Positions 51,196 through 64,000 of a stretch of 64,000 nucleotides of DNA are shown here, in pieces; position 1 is the stretch's first letter; each line of letters starts with the position of its first letter. The notes below the pieces were generated by a model that did no database searches, was not told where the DNA came from, and was given only the letters and a program-made list of their open reading frames with translations. The translations under genes were made by a program, and so were the position numbers. Where the stretch lies: positions 33,976,001 to 34,040,000 of the forward strand of contig NC_042997.1 in the NCBI RefSeq assembly GCF_006345805.1. The letters run 5' to 3'. This stretch comes from Octopus sinensis. Taxonomy: Eukaryota.

Positions 51196-51448
51196 TTTTT
51201 TAAATACAAATAAAGACACATCCGGAGTAAAATTCCAACCGGAGAAGGGAAAAATAAAAAGCAAAAACAAAAACAAATAAACAAACAAACAAACGAAGAC
51301 TGAAAAAAATTAAACAGTGTTTGCTTAAATTTTTCAAGAACTCTTGACTTAATTTGTGATTTTGAGAAATTGTTGTGTTAAAATAAAAAGGGTAAATTTC
51401 CAAGTACCTTCACTTTACGATCGGAATCATACACATCAAAAAATGTTG

Positions 51449-51479
<31 letters not shown>

Positions 51480-51571
51480 TAATATATATATATATATATT
51501 GGCAAAAACGGTAAGATAACAAAAGAAAGAAAGAGACCTCAATATTATGTAAATAGAGGAAATTTATCTAT

Positions 51572-51688
51572 AAAATAATATGTTACATTTACTCAATAGT
51601 CAAGATAAAAGGTGTTGTGGATTTCCACTTCGGCATCTGAAACTCAGAATTTTATCTTGACTATTGAGTAAATGTAACATATTATTTT
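51572..51688. repeat. Perfect 39-bp inverted repeat with a 39-nt spacer
   Basis: 51572-51610 is the exact reverse complement of 51650-51688. Confidence 0.95.
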
Positions 51689-51734
51689 GTATATATATAT
51701 ACTACCCCAGTAATTTACTGCCGGTTTGAGAACA

Positions 51735-51775
<41 letters not shown>

Positions 51776-51879
51776 CTGTCAATCTACCGCTCTCTCTCTC
51801 TCTCTCTTATTCTCTCCCTCGTTCTCTCTCTCTCTCTCGCTCTCTCTTTCTCTCTTTACTTACACATACATCACAGGGC

Positions 51880-52490
51880 CTCCTTCGGTCAGAGCTGACA
51901 ATGGGTAGTATCCTTGCTGTTTTCAGCTCAGCTGGAGCAGCGTCTTCAGTGGCTAAACAAACCTATCCGTGAGTGACAGTCTCTGTCAAATAGAACACAT
52001 TTGTATACGGTCTCAGGTCTGTTCGAGTTACTGCACTACTTTTGTCGGGATTGATTGTCTGCTGCTGAGCCCATTAACCTCATTTTCCCTGATCTGAGGT
52101 GTTCATTCAGAGTGTTCCTCTATGTTGGCCACTCTGCTGCGAGGCTCTCCCAGAACTCTGTATTGAGGATAAGGGCTTTCATATCTCTTTTTACATCAAC
52201 CCTGTATCGCAGCCTAGGTGGACAGGTGTGTCTTCTTCCAGATAGCAGCACTCAAAGAGAATGTCCTTTCGGATGCAGCCATCCTTCATGCGGTAGCTGT
52301 ATCCTAGCAAGTGCAGTCTGCGTTGTCAAAGCAGGGTGAACATGCTGGAAGGGCCTGTAAGATTCAGGACCTCAGCATCATTGGACAGTCTGTTTTGCCA
52401 GGATATACCTAGGATGTAGCTTAGGCTTCTCAGAAGGAAGGTGTTGAGTCGCCTGTCCTGTTTGGCATACGTGGCCCAAGTCTCACTGCC
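51880..52490 (-). mobile_element. RTE-BovB-like ORF2 C-terminus
   Basis: YGSETWATYAKQDRRLNTF..ILGISWQNRLSN..RDCHSRIGLFSH. Confidence 0.8.
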
Positions 52491-52534
52491 ATACATACAT
52501 ACATACATACATACTACATACATACATACATACA

Positions 52535-52566
<32 letters not shown>

Positions 52567-52630
52567 CGCACGCACACATGCAAGCATGCACGCATGCACG
52601 CACATACGTACGAACGCACACACACATACA

Positions 52631-53850
52631 TCAGGTTGAGTCAAAAGTTTTTCCGTCTTTTAAGTTTCAATTAACAGTTCAAACAAATTACATACGAAAA
52701 GCACTTAGTTATCAAAATATATCCCATCATATTCTATTTTCTGTTGCCATTGTTGCGTCAGGAGCTCAATTCCACCCTTATATCATTTGGCTGGTTAAGA
52801 AGCAAGGACCTCCATGTACCCGATTTCAACCTCAATCCACATTGTTGAGCCTCCGTCTGTGTAGGAAATGAGCCATAGCTCGGAAAAAAATTGGTAATCT
52901 GATGGTGCAAGTCTGCACTGTAGGCGTGGTGAAGCAGCACTTCTAGCCCGTCAAGTTCCTCAACCTTACACTTGGTCACATTGGCAGTGTGTGCTGGGGC
53001 ATTGTTATGCTGTAGGAGAGCACGTCTTCGATTAGCCAATATCAACTAGTGTGCTAGTGGGCTTTCAAGGTGTTATATACTCGCTACTGTTGCTGGAAGA
53101 AACCACTAATTTCTCTTAATGGGGGGTTACGGAAAATAGATCCATTTTACATCCCCAGTTACAGTAGCCGTTCAAGAATTTGGTCCTGGAGATCTCCATT
53201 TCCAGCGACTTCGAGGGCTTCCTCCCAGTGGTGTCGGGCATCAAAGAAGAGCCCTCGACTACAACAAGACGACCAAAGTTCTTTCTTTCCAAGGTCTGGG
53301 AGTCTTCCGCCCCTAAGTCCTAGACCATCACTTAATCCCCCTTACACGTCTTGTTTCTAAACAACAACAACCAGTTACAGTTCAACGCCGAAAATGGGTA
53401 TCCCGAAGATTTGTCGACAGTTATTTCCAAATGTCGTCACGTTGTTAAATCTAATCATTGGTCAATTCACAAGGAGCTTATCGACAGCGTCTGTTCACAA
53501 TGTTGAGCCTATAGAAGTGTAGAATAAGGTTGCTTTGTGAAGGACCAAGTTCTACCTACAATACACAAGTGCTTGTGCTTATCTGTTCAACCATTTCAAG
53601 CAACAGAAGGTCTGCCTGACTTTGGTTTGTCTTCGAGGCTAATATAACTTTCCTCGAAACCATTTTTGCCTTGCACGCCCTTTGACAGTTCCTGGGTCTT
53701 TCACATTTCTTTTGCCGCGACCCTTGTATTCAGTCCTTTTTTACACACGTAACATAAAATGGCCCCTTTTGCAATTTTTCAACGTTCATTATCAAAGCTT
53801 TAAAATATAAAATACATAATTAATACTTAATGCTATATATGAAAATAAAG
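52631..53850 (-). mobile_element. Degraded mariner
   Basis: SLEDKPKSGRPS, VTGDVKWIYF, LLQHNNAPAHTA and EVLLHHAYSADL. TIR-like tcaggttgagtcaaaa at the left end. Confidence 0.7.
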
Positions 53851-53959
53851 AATAAAGAATTTAGCAACGATTGGACAAGTTCTATCAAATTAATGATATA
53901 ACAGGGAAATACAATTACCAAAAATCACAGCGAGCATACTAAAAAACCTTTGATTCAAT

Positions 53960-54055
<96 letters not shown>

Positions 54056-54171
54056 GATAAAGGGTAAAAATTATCAATTTAATAATTAACAAATTTTACC
54101 AAGTAGCTTCGGTATGCAAAAAAACCATTATCGGTAAAAACTTATATAAAATTTTTTTTTATAATTATAAA

Positions 54172-54351
54172 TATAATTAAGGGTTTAGCAAAAAGTTGCT
54201 TCACCACATACAAAAATTTAGAAATAGCAGTCAAGACCGACTAATTCCTTTAACTACAAATATTTGTAGTTAAGGAATTAGTCGGTCTTGACTGCTATTT
54301 CTAAATTTTCGGTATGTGGTGAAGCAACTTTTTGCTAAACACTTAATTATA
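54172..54351. repeat. Near-perfect ~180-bp palindrome with no spacer
   Basis: Centre at 54261/54262. The ~90-bp arms differ at about 3 places. Confidence 0.95.
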
Positions 54352-54654
54352 TATATATATATGTATACTGAAACGTGGTTATTGTATATAAAAAGAAAAC
54401 CGGATAAAAATGTATAGTAAAGTTAATCTTTTTAGACAAACCGAAAGACAAGAGTCAGATGTATTTCATTTAGACAGAGGCAAACATGGCTGTGCGGTTA
54501 AGCTTTGCTTCCTAACCATGTGATTTCTAGTTTCCCGTGGCACCATGGGTAAGTGCTTTCAACTCTTGCACCAGCTCAACAAAAGAGCCTTATGAATGAA
54601 TCTGGTAGGCGGAAACTGAAAAGAAGCCCGCCATATATATATAGGGAAAGAGAG

Positions 54655-54686
<32 letters not shown>

Positions 54687-54811
54687 AGAGAGAGAGAGAG
54701 ATGGCCGGTTTATCTATCTTTATCTCTATACTCTAATGCTCTATAACTTCTTTTTCGGATTTATGATTTACTAACGATATACATGCGTATATATATATAT
54801 CGTTACTAACG

Positions 54812-54858
<47 letters not shown>

Positions 54859-55106
54859 CATGTATATATGACTGTACGTGTTTGTGTCTTCCCGTCTGCA
54901 TAGCACACGACAGATGTGAACGAATTTCACCGTTATACGAGCAGTGTTATTTGTTTTAAGTCTTCCAAGAAACCATGCCCAGTCATGGGAAAATATTACC
55001 TTGCTTGAAAACAAATGAAAGTTGGCGATATAAAGGGTAAAATCTGCCTCAATGGATTTCTTGTTAGCATGAAAAAGTGGACGTCAAAAAAAAATTATGA
55101 CGGTGT

Positions 55107-55138
<32 letters not shown>

Positions 55139-55318
55139 ATTTAGAGAAAAACGTCTATTAAACAATTCAATAATGAAAAATGTTATTCACGCCATATAGA
55201 AAACATATACTATAAAAAAGTATATACATATATTATATATTGTGAAATTTGATTTAAAATGTTAAATTGAATTTTTCCCTGTAAGTTTTGGAGTTATATT
55301 CCCTACTATCATTATATA

Positions 55319-55376
<58 letters not shown>

Positions 55377-55475
55377 AACATATTGGTGAATTGAATAATG
55401 GGACCATATTGTGCACTAAGGTAATCGGTTAAACTTTTGATTAATCTATACAAGAGTATTCATCTTCTATTTAAC

Positions 55476-55550
<75 letters not shown>

Positions 55551-55567
55551 ATATACATATAATATAT

Positions 55568-55962
55568 CTAGCAAGTATCGCCCGGCGTTGCTCGGGTTTG
55601 TAAGGGAAATAACTATATAAGCATTTTTAGAGATGTAAAGTATAATAGCCATCTCATATGGCTAACCACAAAGGTGTGGTTACTGTAGCTTTTTACGTTC
55701 TGAGATTTAATAATACGTTTTTAGAGAGTTACTTCCCTTATATAATAGCAAAAAAAAAATGCATTAAAAATGGGAAAAATTGATGGTAATTTTTTTTAAA
55801 TCGTAGACTCATCGTAGACGCGCGCTAATACCCAGAAGGGCTCGATATGAATCACGACTATAAGATACCCGCTTTTGGTTACACTGCACCGCAAAATGTG
55901 GGAGTAGTTAGAAATCTAAATCGTAGGAGACAGACACACAACTTCACTTTTATATATAAAGA
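55568..55962 (-). mobile_element. Helitron-like element, subfamily 1, with an ~85-95-bp foreign insert
   Basis: TC and CTAG ends. Insert near 55634-55718 is flanked by tttttagaga. Confidence 0.82.
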
Positions 55963-56839
55963 TATACGGACACATCAAACAAAGCACATTATTCGTAACC
56001 TGTAATATTATGTATAACTGCCATTATGAAATAAGGTAACTTGTATTTGGTGATTTTTCTTATTCTATTGTGTCCGCAAAGAGTCATTCTCTTTCGGTGC
56101 CTTATATCTGAACACACTCACCGGTTCGATTTCCACTCATTTACTTATTATTCCTAAAATTTTCGTTGCGTCTTGCAACCTCTTCAATAGTAGTTGACTC
56201 TGTCCGATTCTTCTTATGTTTAATTTTTAACTCCTAAAAATCACAAAGTCTAAACAAATACTGTTTTATTTTTTTAATCCGCTTTTCGTTTCTGCAGTCC
56301 AATTTTTTTTTCTTTCGCGGGTGTCTTTACTTATATACCATAACACACTCACAGTCGACTATAAAATCTACCGAAATTTTGAAAACTTGGGTCAACGTTA
56401 TTAGAATTTCTATAACACTAATCACGCTGACACAAACATGAGTTACGTTAGTATTAACATATTTAATGTAGTGAGCATTAAATAACTAATTATGCAGTGA
56501 GAAGAAATTAAAAAGACGATGTAAGGTCAGTTTTCATAGCCTTACTTTCGTATGGAAACTTTTTGCTGCTAAAGGTATGTATGATGTTTGTGTCAAGTGA
56601 TGGGGTATTATAAAAGTAAAGATACCTAATAGAAGTCTCATCCTCCCAGTTTTATGTCGTTGCCCCATTTTCTCTGCGGAGTTCAAAGATAATGGAGAAT
56701 CACATGCGCATGCGTACTCACACACACACACACACGCGCGCACATGTATATATACAAGCAGACAATATACATGTTATAAATATTTATCTATATAATACTC
56801 TTTTAATCTTTTACTGGTTCCAGTTAACGGCCCGTGACT

Positions 56840-57012
56840 GTATGTACGTATGTATGTACGTATGTGTGTATGTATGTATGTATGTATGTATGTATGTATG
56901 TATGTATGTATGTATGTATGTATGTACGTATGTATGTATGTACGTATGTATGTATGTATGTATGTATGTATGTATATATGTACGTATGTATGTATGTATG
57001 TATGTATGTATG

Positions 57013-57046
<34 letters not shown>

Positions 57047-57066
57047 TGTATGTGTATGTATGTATG

Positions 57067-57100
<34 letters not shown>

Positions 57101-57118
57101 TGTGTGTATGTATGTATG

Positions 57119-57152
<34 letters not shown>

Positions 57153-57240
57153 TGTATGTATGTATGTATGTGTGTATGTATGTATGTATGTATGTATGTA
57201 TGTATGTATGTATGTATGTATGTACGTACGTATGTATGTA
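56840..57240. repeat. (TATG)n microsatellite; (TATC)n tracts also at 58076-58357 and 58828-58907
   Basis: Directly visible. Confidence 0.95.
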
Positions 57241-57444
57241 AATGTGTATGTTTGTATTTGTGTATGTACGTGTACATACATATGTGTGTGTGTGTGTGTG
57301 CGAATCTATCTATATGCGCATATACATGTGCACATATATATCCACGCACATGCAAACATATATACATACATACTTATATACATACATACGTAAATGTTGA
57401 ACGATGAAATGAGTGCTGTTTTGTTTCTTTGTTCGTTTTAAAGA

Positions 57445-57475
<31 letters not shown>

Positions 57476-57477
57476 CA

Positions 57478-57532
<55 letters not shown>

Positions 57533-58073
57533 GCATACATGCATATTTATATATATTTAGATATATATGTATGTGTGTATGTGTATACGGGTATATATAT
57601 AACACGTACATACGCATAAATCTCTCTCTTTATCTTTATATATATACATACACACACACATACACACACATACACACACTTAACACCCACACACCCTCAC
57701 ACCCACACAAATTTCCTGTTTGTTCAATTCATAGACATAAATTCATGGCACTGAATACCTGTTGAGTCGATATACACACTGGGTTGTTAAATACCTCATT
57801 CTGATGAAATAAAATTATACTGCCTTCCTTTATGTATCATGTATATTTGCGGGTACATATACACATATGTGTGCATGTATGTATGTATATATACACATAT
57901 GTATATGCATATATATGTATATGTATGTAAATATATACATATATATTATATATATATATATATAAATACATATATATGTGTGTGTGTGTATATATATGTA
58001 TATACGTATTTATGTATATCTATATATGTATATTTAGATATATATATAAATACATGTATATGTATATACATGC

Positions 58074-58139
<66 letters not shown>

Positions 58140-58227
58140 ATTATATATATAAATACATATATATGTGTGTGTGTATATATATGTATATATGTATATACAA
58201 GCATCTATCTATCTGTCTATCTATCTG

Positions 58228-58317
<90 letters not shown>

Positions 58318-58325
58318 CATCTATG

Positions 58326-58356
<31 letters not shown>

Positions 58357-58448
58357 ATTTGTAAACATAAATACACACACAAAGCTGCTGCATATTTAAG
58401 TGTATGTACACTCACTTGTGTACTCACATCCTTACACACTCACGTACA

Positions 58449-58495
<47 letters not shown>

Positions 58496-58825
58496 CCCCT
58501 CTCTCATTCAAATTCATGCACTCAACACAACGCTCACTTTCCTAGGTTCTCTCCACTATGTACATTTTACTTGATGTCGCATTATTGAATTTTAGTGAAT
58601 TTTCATACTCCCTACACAAATAGGCGACTTCTCTTTCTCTCTCTTTTTCTGTCTCCTCTTCACCGCATATCTATATTTTATCTATAAAAGGACATAAAGT
58701 ACTCCTATTTTCATATTTACTTATTTATCTATCTATCTTTCAATTTATCTAATCTCGTACACCCTCGCCTACATCTGTCTATCTACTTCATAACTCATAT
58801 ATAGATGTATGTAGAAACATCTGTG

Positions 58826-58907
<82 letters not shown>

Positions 58908-58948
58908 CATGTATGTATGTTTGTATGTGCATATGTGTGTGTATATAT

Positions 58949-59026
<78 letters not shown>

Positions 59027-59084
59027 TATCTATCTATATCTATCTATCTATCTATATACATGTATGTATGTTTGTATGTGCGTA

Positions 59085-59145
<61 letters not shown>

Positions 59146-59222
59146 GCACAAAAGGTAGGTAAATAGATAATAGATTAGACAGAGCGAGAGAGAGGAGGGA
59201 GGTAAAAGAAAAGTGTGTGTAC

Positions 59223-59281
<59 letters not shown>

Positions 59282-59923
59282 ATATGTGTGTGAGGGGAAG
59301 GAGAAAGAAAGAAAGAAAGAAAAAAGAGCAAGATCTAGAAAGTGAGTGAGAAAGAAAGTGAAATATTCAGTCAGCTGGAGTCTTTGGTGATTGATAGAAG
59401 TGCATCATTAACTAAAACGACATTAAGTGAAACACTATCAAAGCAGAATACAAATGGCGCATAGAGTAGTGAATCAGACATCAAATACTTGGAGCAGTGA
59501 TTCACACATCAAATACAGTTATGCACTGAGTATCTTGGAATTGCGTTTTAATTTTTTATGGAGATAACATTGATATTTCTTCCATTTTTTTTGTTTATAT
59601 GAGTAGTTATTGTCGTTGTTTAATGATGTCGTCGTTGTCGTTGTTGATGTTAGTGTTGCTGTTGTTGTTGTTGTTGTTCAATCTTCCTCCGCCTCTCACC
59701 CCAGGTTTGTTGATAAAGCAGCTGTCATTAGTTGTGTCGGCCGTGTTGGTATATTTACTGCCCAATGTTTCAATGGTTCGTATACTTTGACCGAAGGATA
59801 AACTCTTAATTAAGCGGTTAATTCTAATTAGATAGTTAAAAAATTTGCTCTATATTAGTAATGCTGTTGTTGTTGTTGTTGTTGTTTTTTGTTGTTATTA
59901 TCATTATTATTATTATTACAAAG

Positions 59924-60615
59924 AAGGCGACGAGTTGGCAGAATCGTTAGCACGTCAGGCAAAATGCTTAGCGTCATTTCGTCTGTCTTTACGTTCTAAG
60001 TTCAAATTCTGCTGAGGTCGACTTTCCCTTTCATCCTTTCAGGATCAATAAAATAAGTACCAGTTGAGTACTGGTGTCAATGTAATCGATTATCTCCCTC
60101 CCCCAAAATTTCAAACCGTGAGCCTATAGTAGAAAAGATTATTATTACTATTATTATTATTATTATTACAAATAAGGCGGTGAGCTGGCAGGATCGTTAA
60201 CACACTGGACAAAATCCGGAGATGTATTTTTCCCGCTTTACATCCCGATTTCAAATTTTTCAAATTCCGACGAGGTCGACTTTGCCTTTCATCCTTTTGG
60301 GATCGATAAATAAGTATCAGCCGAGTATTGGGTTTGATATAATCAACTATCGCCCCGTGCCTATATTAGAAAGGATTATTATCATTAAGGGGCCGACGGG
60401 CTGGCAGAATTGTCAGCGTGTCGAACAAAATGCTTAGTAGCAACTATTCCGATTCATTAAATTCTTAGTTCAAATTCTGCCGTGTCGACTTTGTCATTCA
60501 TCCTTTCGGGGTTCATGAAATAAATACCAGTTGACCACTGGGGTCTACGAAATCGTCTATCCCTTCATTCCTTAAAATTTGCTGGCATTGTGCCAAGATT
60601 TGTAATTATTATTAT
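59924..60615 (+). mobile_element. Three tandem SINE family E copies separated by (TAT)n tails
   Basis: Heads at 59924, 60174 and 60388, increasingly diverged. Confidence 0.75.
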
Positions 60616-61110
60616 TATCAGTGGTTTCTAACATAAATACAAAGCCTTAGATTTGGGAAAAGCGTATAGCAGGTGAAATCGATGATTCTAGTAAGCTACT
60701 TTAGTATTGTTTGGTACTTTATTTTATCGACCCAGGAAGTTTGAAAGGCAGAGTTAACGTTGGCTGGATTTCACCTCTTATTGTGAAGCTTGGAGAATCG
60801 ATAGAGCGTCAGAAATATAAATGACTAGCACTGTTTAGTTAAATAAATTTACATTCTGAGTTCAACTCTTGCTCGTGTCATCACTGACTTTCAATCTTCC
60901 AGGGTCGATAATATAACTCTCAATCAAGAACTGTAGTCGATATAATTGTCTCTATAATTGAGCATGTTCTCATTTCATCATACACCATCTTGCCTAGTGT
61001 TAGAAACAGTTATTTTGAAGGTCTTTTGTATATCTTTAAATATAAATATGTTTAGCTTAATTTAAAAGTTATATTGTATTGAAGATTATAAATGGGGCCT
61101 CGAGTGATTG

Positions 61111-63013
61111 CACTAGGCAACGAAGATTTTGTTACAGAAGAGCAAATAGGTGTTCCTAGCTAATTTTATAATTAGATTTTTTCTAACCTGTTTAGATTTT
61201 GTGTAAAATGCAAATCACTTAGTAAAATTTCCTACTACGTCCAGATTTTGGTTTTAATCGTCTTAATGCCAATAATATGAAACTTGCTTTTCAAGGTTAA
61301 AGCAATTTTTGTTTGCCAACTATGTACAAATTCTAACGATTTTCATCAACAAAATGTATTCCGAGTTGGCAACACTGAGTCAAGAGCATAGAAACAGCTC
61401 AATGGTCAGTCGTTATATAACAATCAAGAAGAGCGGTTGTTGAATATTCTATTAGGGATACGGAAACAGGGAAAGATGGCGTATATGTTCCAGACGCAAG
61501 TAGTTCCCCATATTTGTCAAGTCAAGTGGACGTTAAATGGCTTAGGACGTGATTTGGAATTACCAGAAGAAAAGGTAGTATTGCTCGGATCCAGACTTCA
61601 AGAACAGAATTTTTCCAGCCAAACATCAGTTTCTCATTTCCGCTATCACCATTTCCATCTGCGATTTTCATCATTTTACTTACGAGAGAAAAACGGTTGT
61701 TTCTGCCACAATATCAGTGGCCTGATAGCAAGGATTGGCTTTCGCTATGATACAAAAGAACAGAGATTGTTCATTGACTCAAGTAAAGATCGCCTTAAAG
61801 CTGTATTACTGCACAACGCCAATAAAAACTTTCAATGTCTGTAACATATGTCACTGGCCTTAATGAGACTTATGAATCAATGGAACTTCTGCTAAGGCTC
61901 ATCAAATATAAGGACCACATATATAATATTTGTGACGACTTTAAAGTTGTATCATTACTTCTTGGATTACAGTTGGGCCACACAAAACATGTGCTTTTTG
62001 TGTCTAGAGAACAGTAGAGGTGACAAGAACCACTATAAAAAAAACATGATTGGCCATCTAGAACTAAATATGTTGATAAACACAATGTGAAACACCCAGC
62101 CCTTAATGACCTTCAGAAAGTACATTTTCCACCACTTCACATTAAACTTGGCCTTATGAAAAATTTCGTGAAGGGTATGGACCATCAAAGTAGTGGTTTC
62201 CAATATTTAAAGGATAAATTCAAAGGGATATTCATAGATGCTAAGCTAGAAGCTGGAGTTTTCACTGGACTACAGATCCGCAGTGTCATCCACGACACAC
62301 TGTTTCCATCTAATCTAGATGAGAATCGGACTAGAAGCATGGACATCTTTTGTTGAAGTTGTCAAAAATTTTCTTGGAAACCACAAAGCTGAAGACTACC
62401 TGAACTTGTAGAAAACATGCTTAAATCTTATGGAAAAAATGGGATGCAGAATGTCTTTGAAAATGCATTTTTTACATACTCATCTTCACTACTTCCTGGC
62501 CAACCTTGGTGTAGTGATTGACGAGTATGGTGAGTGCTTCTCCTAACAGATCTCAGTCATGGAAATCAGACACCAAGGTAATTATTGCTGGTTCCTGCAG
62601 AAGGTGAGCTCGTTAGCATACAGGTGACAAAGGGAGAGGAAACACAAGCTTTTACTTAAGAAAAGAAATTGCCTTTCGGTAGTAACAACAAAATACTAAC
62701 GCGCTTTAGGCGGATAGTCAGGTGCAGGGGTGATCGCTCCACCAGTGGAATTCTGCGGACTGTCTTAAGCCGGAAAAGGAGGAAAGACACCCCTGTTCAT
62801 TGATTATTTAAGTATGCTTAACATAAAACGTGGCACGGAAAAGTAGCTTAGACACCTTTCGTAATAGAAACAGGTGAGAAAAATGAAAAATAAGGGTTTT
62901 CAGTTACACAAAATCTAGACGTGATAGAGAAATTTAGACATTAGATTTGAAATTAGCATCAGAATTTTGGTAGGTACCAGTAGTTTAAAAAAGGTGAAAT
63001 TTGTTGCCTAGTG
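61111..63013 (+). mobile_element. Chapaev3-type (CMC) DNA transposon with a decayed transposase
   Basis: TIR CACTAGGCAAC at both ends, flanks TTG/TTA. Motifs LLGSRL, RLFIDSSK..LKAVLLHN, PPLHIKLGLMKNFVK, CRMSLKMHFLH. Confidence 0.85.
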
Positions 63014-63083
63014 TTATAAATTATTAATTGATTTTAATAGGATTACTACACTTTGTATTAATTTATATTATATTATATTATAT

Positions 63084-63115
<32 letters not shown>

Positions 63116-63754
63116 TGATAGTGGTAACTACACCTACATTTCAATATCTTACTCCACTTAGCTGCCCGTCTACATAATATTGTAGCCACGAATAGATAAC
63201 TGCTATAGTAGTTACCAGTTGTTAATGACAGTGAGAAAATGTTAATGCCGATGAGATAAGCGTCACAGAATCTAGTTCTAAGTGCAATGTTTCAATGTCT
63301 AAGATACTTAATTCTCAAAAGAGCTCGACTCACTCAGCTGTAAATAGGTACTGCAAAGTAGCAACTGTTCACCACTATTGGCAACGGTCACTCTTAAATT
63401 TAATGTATTTGAAGTGTTAAGATGGAGTCCTTCCATGAACACAACATCGGAAAGAAACACACTTGGTATAGTATAGGAAGAAGTCTTTAGAGGCGACTCT
63501 TACATTCTAACTGGTTTGTTGGAGGAGCTTAAAATAAGTTTGACTTCTTGAATCCATGTATGGAAAACTTACCGATTAAGCAATAAGGGTATCACTACGT
63601 GCCTCCACCCGTTAAATATAGCCACAAAATTTCTCTCAAAATCCTACTGACTCTTTTAGAAAATAACACATTCGATATTATAATAAAAGTTGAACGTTTT
63701 AAATCCAGCACTCCATTGTCTGGCACGTTTTAAACTTTTAGTTTTTAGACTTTA

Positions 63755-64000
63755 CTAGCAGTATCGCCCGGCGTTGCTCGGGTTTGTAAGGGAAATAACT
63801 ATATAAGCATTTTTAGAGAGTTATAGCAAAAAAAATAGCAAAAAAATGCATTAAAAATGGAAAAAAAATGATGGTAAATTTTTTAAAAATCGTTGACACA
63901 TCGTAGACATTTTTAGAGAGTTACTTCCCTTATATGATAGCGAAAAAATGCATTAAGATGGAAAAAAATGATGATAAATTTTTTTTTAATCGTAGACTCA
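63755..64000 (-). mobile_element. Helitron-like element, 3' part (cut by the window edge)
   Basis: A|CTAGcagtatcgcccggcgttgctcggg on the plus strand, i.e. the same hairpin and CTAG|T end. Confidence 0.8.

Noticed and set aside
56692-58588. MYVC, YIHT and IYLS repeat ORFs
   Set aside because: Tetranucleotide and dinucleotide microsatellites.

Overview
AT-rich eukaryotic DNA, dense in microsatellites and transposable elements. The repeat content resembles a coleoid cephalopod, probably Octopus (inference, not verified). Almost all ORFs in the supplied track are artefacts of microsatellites or TEs. The one host gene I recognise is the last coding exon of LAGE3/PCC1 (KEOPS subunit, + strand, 6036-6147), which is too short for the track. 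Three phase-compatible minus-strand exons (8879-8912, 5125-5156, 496-560) suggest an unidentified gene overlapping it in antisense. The rest is TE: several modular tRNA-SINE families, non-autonomous Helitron-like elements, Merlin-like MITEs with 8-bp TSDs, mariner and Chapaev3 transposons, RTE/CR1/HERO/Penelope remnants, and a probable LTR with a tRNA-Trp PBS. The most notable observations are a ~356-bp retrozyme-like unit with a variant minimal hammerhead (30599-30991), two tandem ORF1-only LINE-like elements (23752-26435) of which the first shares its 3' tail with the main SINE, an over-long tRNA-Trp PBS, a 51-bp SINE target duplication, long fold-backs at Penelope-like ends, and a hierarchical TGACGTA minisatellite. 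All alignments and counts were done by eye; family names come from recalled motifs, not database searches.
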